In this document: positions 46,085 through 55,972 of the stretch, one piece after another
How positions within the stretch are numbered: position 1 is the first letter of the stretch
Layout of the letters: each line of letters starts with the position of its first letter
NCBI GenBank assembly: GCA_040902555.1
Contig: JBBDXC010000010.1
Span: forward strand, 2,309-66,308
DNA from: Dehalococcoidia bacterium
Lineage (GTDB): Bacteria > Chloroflexota > Dehalococcoidia > WHTO01
Length of the DNA stretch: 64,000 nt
Reading direction: 5' to 3'
Notes under the pieces: model-generated
Seen by the model: the letters and a program-made list of their open reading frames with translations, nothing else
What the model was told of the DNA's origin: nothing
Database searches by the model: none
Made by a program: the position numbers and the translations under genes

Positions 46085-47641
46085 GTGGCCGTGCAACTCA
46101 AACAAGTACTTCAGGCGGTTGAGGGCGTGCGACACGTCGCCGGACCAGAGGATGTCGACATCTCCGATGTCGCCTATGACTCCCGCAAGGCGCGCCCGGG
46201 CTCGCTGTTCATAGCCGTCCGCGGCTTCGTAACCGACGGCCACGAGTACATCGCTAGCGCGGTCGCCCAGGGCGCCTCCGCGGTCATCGTGGAGGAGGGT
46301 CGCGCTGGCGAGTTAGCCAGCAGCCGGTTAAGTCAGTCGATGGCGGTCTACGCGGTCGATGACACGCGGCGGGCCCTGGCGGACGCCGCTGCAGCCTTCT
46401 ACGGCTTCCCGACCCGCGCCCTGAAGACCGTGGGCATAACGGGGACGAAAGGCAAGACGACCACTACCTACCTGACCACGGCGGTGCTCGAGGCCGGCGG
46501 TCATTCGACAGGACTGCTCTCCAGCGTCGAGTTCAAGATCGGCCGGCACTTCGAGGTCAACGGCTCGCAGTTCACAACGCCGGAATCGCTCGAGGTCCAG
46601 TCTCTGCTGCGCCAGATGGTCGACGAGGGCGCCGAGTATGCCGTCGTCGAGTCAACGTCCCACGGGCTCAAGCTCAACCGCCTGCGCAACGTCGAGTACG
46701 ACGTGGGGGTCTTCACCAACCTATATGCCGACCACCTTGATTTTCACCCCGACATGAAGGACTACCTGGAATCCAAGGGTCTGCTCTTCGAGTGGTTGGA
46801 CAGCTCGGCCGATAAAGGAATTCCGAAGACCGCCGTGCTCAACATGGACGACCCGAACAGCGAGTACCTGCAGGGTCGGACCAAGAAGACCAGCGTGGTC
46901 ACTTACGGGGTTAAGGGCCGGGCGGACGTCACAGCCCCCGGCGCTGAGCTCTCCGACAGGGGCTCCCGCTTCCGCCTGCAGACGCCCGCCGGCTCGATCA
47001 ACATCGAGAGCCCGCTGCCCGGCCTATTCAACGTTTACAACTCCCTGGCTGCGTCGGCCGTGGGCTTCAGCCAGGGGGTATCCTTGGAGGCGATAGCGGA
47101 GGGACTGCACAGCGTGCGCGGCGTTCCCGGACGCATGGAGCGCATCGAGAGCAGCCAGCCCTTCACAGTGATCGTCGACTACGCCCACATGCCCGAGTCG
47201 CTGACCGCCGTCCTGCGGGCCCTGCGCCCGCTGACGATGGGTCAGCTGACGGTGGTCTTCGGTTGCGGTGGCGACAGAGACCCCGGGCGGCGTGGAGGGA
47301 TGGGCCGCGCGGCGGCCGCCGGCGCCGATTTCACGGTGATCTGCAACGACAACCCGCGCACCGAGGACCCCCTGGAGATCATCGAAACGATCGCCAACGC
47401 CATGCTTGCGGCGGGCAAGCACGAGGGCCACGATTTCGTGCGCATCCCCGACCGCCGGGATGCCATGACGTTCGCCTTCGAGAAGGCGCGGGCCGGCGAC
47501 GTGGTGTTGGTCGCCGGAAAGGGACACGAGCCCTACCTGATCGTGGGCGACCAGTATCTTCCCTGGGACGACCGCGAGGTAGCCCGGGAGGTCCTGCAAG
47601 AGCTGGGCTGGGAGGCCACCGCCGCCGTCGTCCGGGCGTAA
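46085..47641 (+). CDS. murE: UDP-N-acetylmuramoyl-L-alanyl-D-glutamate--2,6-diaminopimelate ligase
   Basis: 518-aa Mur ligase with ATP-binding motif GITGTKGKTTTT and conserved MurE N-terminus; GTG start. Confidence 0.9.
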   Translation: MAVQLKQVLQAVEGVRHVAGPEDVDISDVAYDSRKARPGSLFIAVRGFVTDGHEYIASAVAQGASAVIVEEGRAGELASSRLSQSMAVYAVDDTRRALADAAAAFYGFPTRALKTVGITGTKGKTTTTYLTTAVLEAGGHSTGLLSSVEFKIGRHFEVNGSQFTTPESLEVQSLLRQMVDEGAEYAVVESTSHGLKLNRLRNVEYDVGVFTNLYADHLDFHPDMKDYLESKGLLFEWLDSSADKGIPKTAVLNMDDPNSEYLQGRTKKTSVVTYGVKGRADVTAPGAELSDRGSRFRLQTPAGSINIESPLPGLFNVYNSLAASAVGFSQGVSLEAIAEGLHSVRGVPGRMERIESSQPFTVIVDYAHMPESLTAVLRALRPLTMGQLTVVFGCGGDRDPGRRGGMGRAAAAGADFTVICNDNPRTEDPLEIIETIANAMLAAGKHEGHDFVRIPDRRDAMTFAFEKARAGDVVLVAGKGHEPYLIVGDQYLPWDDREVAREVLQELGWEATAAVVRA

Positions 47642-47758
47642 ACCCCGTGCGCGCCGGCGATGGAACGTCCGCTTAATCCCGCCGTGAGCTGCCTGCGGTA
47701 GGTGATCACTTGCGGCGGGCGAAAGGTTTCCGCTATGTTGGCCGCAGGAAAGGAGGTG

Positions 47759-47827
47759 ATGCACTTGGATTTAGACCGTAGTCTGGGTCTGGCCCGAGTG
47801 CTGAGCCTCCGCGGAATCCGCGGATAG
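47759..47827 (+). CDS. Candidate 22-codon small ORF / leader peptide upstream of birA
   Basis: ATG at 47759 preceded by AAGGAGG at optimal spacing; encodes MHLDLDRSLGLARVLSLRGIRG; stop embedded in a CCGCGGAATCCGCGG hairpin; followed by a strong terminator. Confidence 0.3.
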   Translation: MHLDLDRSLGLARVLSLRGIRG

Positions 47828-47855
47828 GTTCAGCAAGCCGGGTTAGACCTGGCTA

Positions 47856-47890
47856 AGAGGGGCCCCCTTCACAGGGGGCCCCTCTTTCGT
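47856..47890 (+). terminator. Rho-independent terminator between small ORF and birA
   Basis: AGAGGGGCCCCC-TTCACA-GGGGGCCCCTCT hairpin followed by TTCGT. Confidence 0.6.
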
Positions 47891-47897
47891 CCCCCCC

Positions 47898-48689
47898 TTG
47901 GGAGGTCCGTTGCCTGCGACGTTTGACCCCGACCGGTTTCAAGAGCTCCTCGATACGCGCACCCTCGGCCATCCGACCGTCTACCTGGCCAGCACAGCGT
48001 CGACCCAGGATGTTGCGCGGCGGCGCGCGCAGGGCGGCGCCGCCGAGGGGCTTCTCGTAGTCGCCGACCAGCAGACCGCCGGGCGGGGTCGGCAGGGGCG
48101 CCGCTGGGTCTCGCCACCGGGTACCAACCTCTACTTCACGCTCGTGCTGCGGCCCAGGGCAAGCGAGCTGGCCACCATCGCGATGGCCTGCCCCCTGGCC
48201 GTCGTCGAGGGGATCGAGGCAATCACGGCGTTGAAGGCGGGAATCAAGTGGCCCAACGATGTCCTCGTCAACGGCAAGAAGATCGGCGGCATCCTGGTAG
48301 ACAGCGAGCTTGAAGGCGAACGCGTTCATCACGCCCTGGCCGGCATTGGCGTCAACGTCAACTTCGACCCGCGCTCACAGCCGGAAATCGCGGAGATCGC
48401 GACGAGCGTGATGGCAGCCAGCGGGCAAAAAGCGTCACGCGAAGAACTGCTGGCGGCCATTCTCGGCCGGCTGGAAGCTTACTACCTGAGTTCCACAGCC
48501 AACGATGTATTCGACGCCTGGAGCCAGCGGCTCGTGCACATGGGAGACGACGTGACGGTGCACTCTTCATCCGGTGAGCTGGTTTCCGGCCGCGCGGAAT
48601 CGGTGAACGCGGATGGCTCGCTGGTGCTGCTGAAACGCGACGGCGAACGGGTCACGCTGCCGTCCGGCCAGATGGCGGCCGCCTCCTAG
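47898..48689 (+). CDS. birA: Biotin--[acetyl-CoA-carboxylase] ligase (no DNA-binding domain)
   Basis: Conserved BirA catalytic motifs (QTAGRGRQGRRW, KWPNDVLVNGKKIGGILV); 263 aa, too short to carry an N-terminal HTH. Confidence 0.8.
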   Translation: MGGPLPATFDPDRFQELLDTRTLGHPTVYLASTASTQDVARRRAQGGAAEGLLVVADQQTAGRGRQGRRWVSPPGTNLYFTLVLRPRASELATIAMACPLAVVEGIEAITALKAGIKWPNDVLVNGKKIGGILVDSELEGERVHHALAGIGVNVNFDPRSQPEIAEIATSVMAASGQKASREELLAAILGRLEAYYLSSTANDVFDAWSQRLVHMGDDVTVHSSSGELVSGRAESVNADGSLVLLKRDGERVTLPSGQMAAAS

Positions 48690-48727
48690 CTGTTACCTGC
48701 GGCCGCTTTGCCGTACTCTTTGCATTC

Positions 48728-49753
48728 GTGCGCGTGGTGGTTACCGGGGCCAGCGGGTTCATCGGTTCGCAAATCTGCCGCCGGCTCGAGGCGGCGGGTC
48801 ACGAGGCCGTCGCCTTCGTGCGCAAGTCGAGCAACCGGCAGCGGTTGCAGGGCTCCGACCTCGAGGTGATGACCGGTGACATCCGCAACCAGGATTCCCT
48901 GCGAACCGCTTTCCACCACGCCGAGGCGGTGGTCCACTGCGCCGCGCTGGCCGACCCCTATGCCAATCCGTGGGAGTCGCGGGCAGTCAACTTCATAGCT
49001 GCGTTCAACGTCTGTCGCGCGGCCACGGACAGCGGCGTGAGCCAGCTCGTCCAGATGAGCACGGCGGCCGTCTATGCGCGGGATCACCCTCGAGGCGTGC
49101 CCCTGCGCGAGGAGGCCCGGTTGGTCAAAGAGCCGCCCGTCTACGACACCTACAGCATCAACAAGGCAGCAGCCGAGGGCTACGTCCAGGACTTTGGTCG
49201 GGCCGGCAGGCTGGCGACAACAATCCTTCGCCCGGGCGTCGTCTACGGTCCGGGCGACCGTGTCAGCGCCGCGCTGGTCTCGCTGATGCATCGTGGGAAG
49301 TTGATTATTCCAGCCGGCCGGGATCGGCGACTTCCACTGATCCACGTCGACGACCTTGGCTCGGCGGTGTTGGCCGCCCTCTCGAACTCGCCGGCGGGCG
49401 CGCGGAGGTACAACCTCGATGGGCCGAGGCCGGTAACGTTTGCCGCGTTTGCCGACGCTCTAGCCCGCAACACGACCCGTTCGAGTGGCAGAGTCCTTAC
49501 AGAGAGAGTGGCGCACCGATTGGCGTGGGGCTTTGAGAAGTGGTGGCACATCCAAAAGCTCGAGGGACGGCCACCACTGAACCGCTACGCGGTCGACCTG
49601 ATCACGGCCGATATGATCCTCGACACAATCAGGGGCATAGAAGAGCTGAAGTGGGAACCGGCTGTGAGCCTCGACGAGGGCGCGCAGCTAACCAGCGAGT
49701 GGTTGGGCAGCGAGCCGGCCGACCCCGCGGCCGGTTTTCCGCCCCTGGCCTGA
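48728..49753 (+). CDS. NAD-dependent epimerase/dehydratase family protein
   Basis: Rossmann motif VVVTGASGFIGS and a YxxxK-like motif (YSINK). Confidence 0.85.
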   Translation: MRVVVTGASGFIGSQICRRLEAAGHEAVAFVRKSSNRQRLQGSDLEVMTGDIRNQDSLRTAFHHAEAVVHCAALADPYANPWESRAVNFIAAFNVCRAATDSGVSQLVQMSTAAVYARDHPRGVPLREEARLVKEPPVYDTYSINKAAAEGYVQDFGRAGRLATTILRPGVVYGPGDRVSAALVSLMHRGKLIIPAGRDRRLPLIHVDDLGSAVLAALSNSPAGARRYNLDGPRPVTFAAFADALARNTTRSSGRVLTERVAHRLAWGFEKWWHIQKLEGRPPLNRYAVDLITADMILDTIRGIEELKWEPAVSLDEGAQLTSEWLGSEPADPAAGFPPLA

Positions 49754-49790
49754 TCTTGATCGGCCGGGCGCTCTGGTATCTTCCCCTCTG

Positions 49791-50630
49791 ATGACGGTTC
49801 GCGTCCTTACCGACAGCACGGCTTACTTCGCCCCTGGCGAAGCGGCGGCGCGTGGCGTAACGATCGTCCCGCTTTACGTGATTTTTGGCGAAACCACCTA
49901 CAAGGACGGGGTGGAGCTTTCCATCGACGAGTTCTTCGCCAAACTGGTCTCCAGCAAGGATCTGCCAAAGACCTCCCAGCCCTCGGCCGGCGACTTCCAC
50001 GACGCCTACCGCAGTCTCGGCCAGCCGGGGGTCCAGGTAGCGGCGATCCACCTGTCCTCGCATCTGTCGGGGACGCACAACACCTCGCGCATGGCGGCCG
50101 AGCAGATGGCGGGGCATCCGCCGGTCGAGGTCGTCGACTCGCTGACCACCTCTGTGGGCCAGGCTTTCGTCGTTCGCGCCGCCGCTGAGGCTGCCGCCCG
50201 CGGCGCCGGCCTCAGCGACGTGACAAGCGTGGCCCGCGAAGTCGCCGCCAAGGTCCACACCTACCTGGCCATCGACACGCTGCAGTATCTCCAGCGCGGC
50301 GGAAGGCTCGGGCGGGCGCAGGCTTTCTTTGGCTCCGCCCTCGACGTCAAGCCGATCATCGGCCTCGACGACGAGGGCAAGATCGCCCAGTTCGCGAAGG
50401 TCCGCACGCGCCGCAAGGCGCTGGACACCCTGCTCGAGCTGGCCGGTTCCCGGGGAACCCCGCGGAGGCTGGCGGTCGTGGATGCCACCACGCCGGCGGA
50501 CGCTCAGAGCGTCAAGATCCGCCTCGAGCGCGCCTTCCCCAACACCCCGGTGGAGGTGGGCCGTGCCGGCCCGGTAATTGGCGTACACGCCGGGCCGGGG
50601 ATGATGGGGATCCAGGTCGAGGAGGTCTAG
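49791..50630 (+). CDS. DegV family fatty-acid-binding protein
   Basis: 279-aa ORF with conserved DegV N-terminus (VRVLTDSTAYFAP...TSQPS) and family-typical length. Confidence 0.9.
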   Translation: MTVRVLTDSTAYFAPGEAAARGVTIVPLYVIFGETTYKDGVELSIDEFFAKLVSSKDLPKTSQPSAGDFHDAYRSLGQPGVQVAAIHLSSHLSGTHNTSRMAAEQMAGHPPVEVVDSLTTSVGQAFVVRAAAEAAARGAGLSDVTSVAREVAAKVHTYLAIDTLQYLQRGGRLGRAQAFFGSALDVKPIIGLDDEGKIAQFAKVRTRRKALDTLLELAGSRGTPRRLAVVDATTPADAQSVKIRLERAFPNTPVEVGRAGPVIGVHAGPGMMGIQVEEV

Positions 50631-50639
50631 ACGGCAGGC

Positions 50640-53096
50640 TTGACTTCGCCCGCGGTGCGCAACGAGGCAGAGGAGCGCCTGCTCAGGGTCCTCAAGCAGG
50701 AAGAGAGGCGGGGCTTCGACGACCGAGCCGTGATGGGCGGCCTCGACCGGCTGCTCAAGAACTTCGTGGGCCGGCTTGGGCCGCAGTCGGCCTTGCTGCG
50801 AGCCATCCTCGATCTCCCACCGATGGGCTACGCCGCCCTCACCCCGCCCCAGCGCCGACATTGGGCCGAGCGAGTCCAGAATCCGCCCGCGGCCGCGAAG
50901 GAGGTTGCCGCCGGCCGCAAACAGCCTCGGCCGAGACCGGCCACAGGTGTGCCGGCGGCCATCCACGCCGTGGGCGGGTTGAGCACGCCAATCTCCAGGT
51001 TGAGCATTCGCGAGACCACGGCCCAGAAGATAGCCAAGATAAAGCGCGGGGTCGGTCCGCTGGCTTCGGTCTACGACCTGCTCACGCATTACCCTTTCCG
51101 CCACATCGACTATGGCCGCCTCGCGAAGGTCGCCACGCTGCAACCCGGCGATAGGGCCACTTTGGCCCGGGTCGCGTCCGTGGACGCGCCGTTTCGTGGC
51201 AACCGCGGCCGCCCAGTGAGGGCGGTGTTGACCGACGACTACGGCCGGATCGAGGCCGTCTGGTTTAACCAATCGTGGGTTGCCGCGCAGCTCAAGCGGG
51301 ACCAGTGGTTCGTCTTCGCCGGCAAGGTCGGCTACTTTAACGGCCGCCTGCAGTTCGAGAACCCCGAGTACGAGCCGGCCAACGAAGAAACCCGCGAGTA
51401 CATCGACCGCGGGCGCCTCGTGCCGGTCTATCCGTCCACAGCAGGGCTGCCGCAACGGACCCTGCGGCGCGCAGTAGGCCTCGCCCTCAAGGGGTACCTC
51501 CAACTCGTTCCCGAGCTCCTTCCGGCAGAGATCCGCCACGAGGCAGCACTGCTGGAGCAGCAGGAGGCTATCCAGTCTTATCACTATCCACAGTCGCTCG
51601 ATGAGTACACCGAGGCCGAGAAGCGGCTTGGTTTCGACGAGTTCTTCATCAAGCAGATGGTGGTCCTGGCGCGACGGCGCGCCTGGCAGTCGGGAGCGCC
51701 GGCGCCCAACCTGTCGCTGGCGCCCGAAATCCTCGAGCGCTTCACGACATCTCTGCCCTTCAGCCTGACCGGCGCCCAGGAGCGCGCGCTGGCGGCGATC
51801 CTGCGTGACCTGCGCGGGCCGGCGCCGATGAGCCGGTTGCTGCAGGGAGACGTCGGCAGCGGCAAGACCGTCGTGGCGACGGCGGCGATTGTCGCGGCGC
51901 TGGCCAACAGTCATCAGGCGGTGGTTATGGCGCCGACCGAGATCCTGGCCGAGCAGCACTACCAGACCATCTCCCGCCTGCTCGGCGCCCCAGAGACCGC
52001 TGGCGCGTTGACCACGGCCGGCAACGATTACCTCGACCGCCCGGTCACGATTGCCCATCTCACGGGCGGGCAGAAGGGTTCGACCAAGAAGGAGGTGCGT
52101 GCCGCGATCGCCGCCGGCGAAGTGGATGTTGCCATCGGCACCCATGCCCTGGTCGAGGAGAGCGTGGACTTCGCCCGCCTCGGGCTCGCGGTTGTCGACG
52201 AGCAGCACCGCTTTGGGGTGGTCCAACGCGACCGCTTGAAGAAGAAGGGCGAAAGCCCCCATCTGCTGGTGATGACGGCCACACCGATACCGCGGACGCT
52301 CTCGCTGACCGTCTATGGCGACCTGGACAACTCGATCATCGACGAGCTGCCGCCGGGCCGGCAGCGCATTGAGACGCGCTACGTCGCCCCGTACGACCGG
52401 CCCTGGGCCTACACGTTTCTGCGCGAGCAGGTGCAGGCGGGGCGGCAGGCCTTCGTCATCTGCCCGCTGGTGGAGGAGAGCGAGACGATAGAGGCGAAGG
52501 CGGCTGTGCAGGAATACCAGCGACTCTCCACGGAGATCTTTCCCGACCTGCGGCTCGCGCTGCTGCACGGGCGGATGAAACCGGCGGAGAAGGACCGCGT
52601 CATGACCGAATTTCGCGCCGCCGACGCCGACATTCTCGTATCGACATCCGTGATCGAGGTCGGCATCGACATCCCCAACGCCACCGTGATGCTGATCGAA
52701 GGCGCCGACCGCTTCGGCCTCGCCCAGCTCCACCAGTTCCGCGGGCGCGTCGGCCGTGGCAGCGAGCAGAGCTTCTGCCTGCTGCTCTCGGACGACCCCT
52801 CGGACGAAGCGAAGGAGCGGCTTGACGTGGTGGTCTCGACCAACGACGGCTTCAAGCTGGCCGAGGAGGACCTGCGCATCCGCGGGGCGGGCGAGTACTA
52901 CGGGGTGCGCCAGAGCGGCCTCGCCGACTTCCGTGTGGCTCAGCTGAGCGACGAGGGTCTGCTGGCTACCGCGCGCCAGATCGCCGACCGGGTGCTGACC
53001 GAGAACCCGCAGCTGGAAGGCGAGGAGTACGCCGAGCTCAAGCATCAGGTCACCGACTTCGCGGCCAGCCGCAACATCATACTGGCCTTCCACTAA
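50640..53096 (+). CDS. recG: ATP-dependent DNA helicase RecG
   Basis: 818-aa ORF; Walker A (GDVGSGKT), DEQH box (VVDEQHRFGV), helicase motif (LVMTATPIPRTL). The 1212-aa antisense ORF 49629..53267 is an artefact. Confidence 0.9.
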   Translation: MTSPAVRNEAEERLLRVLKQEERRGFDDRAVMGGLDRLLKNFVGRLGPQSALLRAILDLPPMGYAALTPPQRRHWAERVQNPPAAAKEVAAGRKQPRPRPATGVPAAIHAVGGLSTPISRLSIRETTAQKIAKIKRGVGPLASVYDLLTHYPFRHIDYGRLAKVATLQPGDRATLARVASVDAPFRGNRGRPVRAVLTDDYGRIEAVWFNQSWVAAQLKRDQWFVFAGKVGYFNGRLQFENPEYEPANEETREYIDRGRLVPVYPSTAGLPQRTLRRAVGLALKGYLQLVPELLPAEIRHEAALLEQQEAIQSYHYPQSLDEYTEAEKRLGFDEFFIKQMVVLARRRAWQSGAPAPNLSLAPEILERFTTSLPFSLTGAQERALAAILRDLRGPAPMSRLLQGDVGSGKTVVATAAIVAALANSHQAVVMAPTEILAEQHYQTISRLLGAPETAGALTTAGNDYLDRPVTIAHLTGGQKGSTKKEVRAAIAAGEVDVAIGTHALVEESVDFARLGLAVVDEQHRFGVVQRDRLKKKGESPHLLVMTATPIPRTLSLTVYGDLDNSIIDELPPGRQRIETRYVAPYDRPWAYTFLREQVQAGRQAFVICPLVEESETIEAKAAVQEYQRLSTEIFPDLRLALLHGRMKPAEKDRVMTEFRAADADILVSTSVIEVGIDIPNATVMLIEGADRFGLAQLHQFRGRVGRGSEQSFCLLLSDDPSDEAKERLDVVVSTNDGFKLAEEDLRIRGAGEYYGVRQSGLADFRVAQLSDEGLLATARQIADRVLTENPQLEGEEYAELKHQVTDFAASRNIILAFH

Positions 53097-53129
53097 GCTT
53101 CGCCCCGCCGCCCCGCCGCCCCGCCCCGA

Positions 53130-53169
53130 CCTCACCCCTAACCCCTCTCCGCAAGCAGAGAGGGGGAAC
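53130..53169. repeat. REP-like bipartite palindromic repeat (copy D)
   Basis: CCTCACCCCTAACCCCTCTCCGCAAGCAGAGAGGGGGAAC, preceded by a (GCCCCGCC)x3 tract. Confidence 0.65.
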
Positions 53170-53260
53170 GGCGAAGGGAGCGCCAGGCCTCTGTATGTTG
53201 CGAATTGACCCGGAGGTGTGCCGCCGCCTGAGATCGAGTACGCCCCGCCACACCACCCCC

Positions 53261-53302
53261 ATCTCACCCCCTAACCCCTCTCCGCACCCGGAGAGGGGAG
53301 TT
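53261..53302. repeat. REP-like bipartite palindromic repeat (copy E)
   Basis: ATCTCACCCCCTAACCCCTCTCCGCACCCGGAGAGGGGAGTT. Confidence 0.65.
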
Positions 53303-53357
53303 ACCGGGGAAGCGCCCGAGTGACGCCTGCCCCGGCGCCGCGCAGAATCGGAGGGAC

Positions 53358-54173
53358 GTGAGTAAGCATCCGGGCGACTTCTCCGGTGTCGACATCCGCT
53401 GGGATACCGAGGACCTGTTCCTGGGCGACCTCGGGCCGGACTCCTTCTACCTCTTCGACCGCATGCTGGAGACGACGCTGGACGAAGTGGCCTCGCGGGA
53501 TGGGGTGGGGCCGTGGTTCGGGGGGCGCGTCCTGGACATCGCCTGCGGCGCCGCCGGCGACGTCGCCCAGCTCGTCCCCAACGGCTGGGAGGCCCACGGC
53601 ATGGAGCCGTCGTCGACGATGCTCGGCTTCGCGCGGGAGCGGGAGGCCCGGGAGGGTGGCGAGGTGCGGTTGGTGCGGGGCATCGCCGAAGCGCTGCCCT
53701 ACGCGGACGACAGCTTCGACCGGGTCATGTGCAAGGGCTCGTTCGACCACTTCGCGCGGCCCAGGGCGGCCATCGAGGAGATAAGGCGGGTTCTGCGGCC
53801 CAACGGGCGTTTCGTTATGTCGCTGGCTAACTTCGAGAGCCTGTCCTGCCGCCTGGGGCGGCGGCTGCATCCCGTGATAAAGGCGACGAACGCCGACTTC
53901 CGCAACGGCTCCCGACCATACTGGGTGATCCCCGGCGACCACACCTTCAAGGGCGACCTGCCCACGATCCTCCGGCTGGTCGACGGCGTTCTGGACCTGG
54001 AGGGCTACCAGGGCGTCTCGCTGATGTGGGCCTTCCCCTGGTGGGTAGGCTTCCTGAAGGCGGTGCCGGACCGGGCCGCGAGCGTGGCGCTGCGCCTGGC
54101 CAACCGCATGGGCCGGCAGCACCCTTCGAAGTCCGACGTGATCGTGGCCTCCTGGGTCAAGCGCCCACGCTAG
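53358..54173 (+). CDS. Class I SAM-dependent methyltransferase
   Basis: SAM motif I (RVLDIACGAAGD) and motif post-I/II (DDSFDRVMCKGSF), then LRPNGRFVMS. Confidence 0.85.
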   Translation: MSKHPGDFSGVDIRWDTEDLFLGDLGPDSFYLFDRMLETTLDEVASRDGVGPWFGGRVLDIACGAAGDVAQLVPNGWEAHGMEPSSTMLGFAREREAREGGEVRLVRGIAEALPYADDSFDRVMCKGSFDHFARPRAAIEEIRRVLRPNGRFVMSLANFESLSCRLGRRLHPVIKATNADFRNGSRPYWVIPGDHTFKGDLPTILRLVDGVLDLEGYQGVSLMWAFPWWVGFLKAVPDRAASVALRLANRMGRQHPSKSDVIVASWVKRPR

Positions 54174-54204
54174 CAGAAGCCGGAAGCGCCCCCGCCCCAC
54201 CCCA

Positions 54205-54248
54205 ACCTCACCCCCTGCCCCCTCTCCGTAAACGGAGAGGGGAAAGCT
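54205..54248. repeat. REP-like bipartite palindromic repeat (copy F)
   Basis: AACCTCACCCCCTGCCCCCTCTCCGTAAACGGAGAGGGGAAAGC, between convergent genes. Confidence 0.65.
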
Positions 54249-54258
54249 CGTCAGGCCG

Positions 54259-55140
54259 TCAATCAAAAGCTGGGGCCTCCGACCCGAGGCGAATGCCGGC
54301 GTCGGAAGACTGGCCGGCCAGCCGGGCGCGGACCAGGGTGTAGGCGATGACGACGAGGAAGACTGAGGCCTGGAGCAGGACAATCGCCGCGCCTGATGCG
54401 ACATCCCACCAGTAGCTGATGTAGATGCCCATGAAGCCGGTCACGGCGCCCAGGACCGTTGAGATGACCATCATGCGGGAGAAGCTGTTCGTCAGCAGGC
54501 GGCCCGTGATTGGGGGCACGACCAGCGTGGCCGCGATCAGCGTGACGCCGAGGATACGCATCGTGGCGACGACGACGGCCGCCAGAATCAGGGCGAAGGC
54601 GGTGTCAACCCAGCCGCTGCGCACGCCGTAGGCCGGCGCAACCTCGGCGTCGAAGGTCATGAACAGCAGCTGCTTGTAGAGGACGGCGATCAGCAGGGCT
54701 ACCCCGACGGCGACGCCGATCAGGATGTAGATGTCGGTCGAGGTCACCCCCAGGACGTTGCCGAAGAGGGCGGCCTCGAAGTTGCGGCTGAAGCGGCTGG
54801 CCCGGCTGATGATCGCCACGCCCAGCGCGAAGCTGGCCGTCGTGACGACGCCGATGGCCACGTCGGCGCTGATCTGGCGCTTGCGCGTGGCTAGGTTGAT
54901 CAGCAGCGCCGAGGCGAAGCCCCAGAGACCGGCCCCGATGTAGAAGTTGATCGAGGCGACAAAGCTGACCACCGCCCCGCCGAAGATGGCGTGCGAGAGA
55001 CCGTGGCCGATGTAGCTCATGCGCCTGAGGACGACGTAGACGCCGACGAGGCCACAAAGCCCCCCGGCCATCGTCGCCGCGAGGAGCGCGTTCTTGAAGA
55101 ACTCGTACTGCAGAGGCTCGCTGAAGGAGATGTCAGGCAT
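54259..55140 (-). CDS. Metal (Zn/Mn-type) ABC transporter permease
   Basis: 293-aa multi-TM protein typical of ZnuB/MntB-type permeases; overlaps the ATPase gene stop. Confidence 0.9.
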   Translation of the reverse strand: MPDISFSEPLQYEFFKNALLAATMAGGLCGLVGVYVVLRRMSYIGHGLSHAIFGGAVVSFVASINFYIGAGLWGFASALLINLATRKRQISADVAIGVVTTASFALGVAIISRASRFSRNFEAALFGNVLGVTSTDIYILIGVAVGVALLIAVLYKQLLFMTFDAEVAPAYGVRSGWVDTAFALILAAVVVATMRILGVTLIAATLVVPPITGRLLTNSFSRMMVISTVLGAVTGFMGIYISYWWDVASGAAIVLLQASVFLVVIAYTLVRARLAGQSSDAGIRLGSEAPAFD

Positions 55141-55972
55141 CGTGGCCCTCGTGGGGGCTCTCGCCGACGAAGACCATGCCCTGGTGGTGGAAGACCACCA
55201 TTGCCGCCCCGTAGGTGGCGCTCAGGACCTCTGGGGTCATGATCTCGGCGGGTGGGCCCTCAGCGATGACGCGCTGGCTTAGGCAGACGACCCAGGGCAG
55301 GTGGGCGGCGGCGGAGTTCAGGTCGTGCGTCGTCATCACGATCGTGATGCCTTCATGATTGAGGTCGTGGAGCAGGTGGAGGACTTCGTCGCGGGTCTTG
55401 ATGTCGATGCCGCTGGTGGGCTCGTCGAGCAGCAGCAGGCGTGGCTTGCCGACGAGAGCCCGCGCCAGGAAGACCCGCTGCTGCTGGCCGCCCGATAGCT
55501 CGCGGATGTGGCGGCCGGCAAGGTCGGCGATCCCCAAGCGCTCCATCATGTGTCTCGCCTCACCGCGGTCTTCCCTCGACGCCCAGGGGACGAAGGGCCG
55601 GCTGGACCAGCGGCCCATCAACACGACCTCTTCAACCGTTACCGGGAAGTTCCAGTCGACGGTTTCGAGCTGCGGCACGTAGCCGACGAGCGGGCTGGCG
55701 GACGCCACGGCTCGTGTCAGTGAGCCAGACGAGGGCTTGACGATGCCGAGGATGAGCCGCAACAGGGTCGTCTTGCCCGAGCCGCTGGGACCCAGGATGC
55801 CCATGAACTGGCCATCGTGGATGGTCAGATTGAGGTTGCGGACGGCGAATATCTTCCCGCCGTAGCCGGCGCTGACGTTGTCGAAGCGGACGAGGGGCTC
55901 GCCTTCCTGCCACGCTTCGACGGCGGCCGGGTGAAGGAGGCCGCTGAGCGGGGCGGGGACGGTGAGCGTCAT
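55133..55972 (-). CDS. Metal ABC transporter ATP-binding protein
   Basis: Walker A (GPSGSGKTT), ABC signature (LSGGQQQRV), Walker B (LLLLDEP). Confidence 0.9.
   Translation of the reverse strand: MTLTVPAPLSGLLHPAAVEAWQEGEPLVRFDNVSAGYGGKIFAVRNLNLTIHDGQFMGILGPSGSGKTTLLRLILGIVKPSSGSLTRAVASASPLVGYVPQLETVDWNFPVTVEEVVLMGRWSSRPFVPWASREDRGEARHMMERLGIADLAGRHIRELSGGQQQRVFLARALVGKPRLLLLDEPTSGIDIKTRDEVLHLLHDLNHEGITIVMTTHDLNSAAAHLPWVVCLSQRVIAEGPPAEIMTPEVLSATYGAAMVVFHHQGMVFVGESPHEGHDA

Noticed and set aside
49629-53267. 1212-aa minus-strand ORF, the longest in the track
   Set aside because: Lies antisense to degV, recG and the following intergenic repeats; Arg/Gly/Ala-rich composition typical of antisense frames in GC-rich DNA, no motif, whereas the plus-strand genes have clear RecG and DegV signatures.
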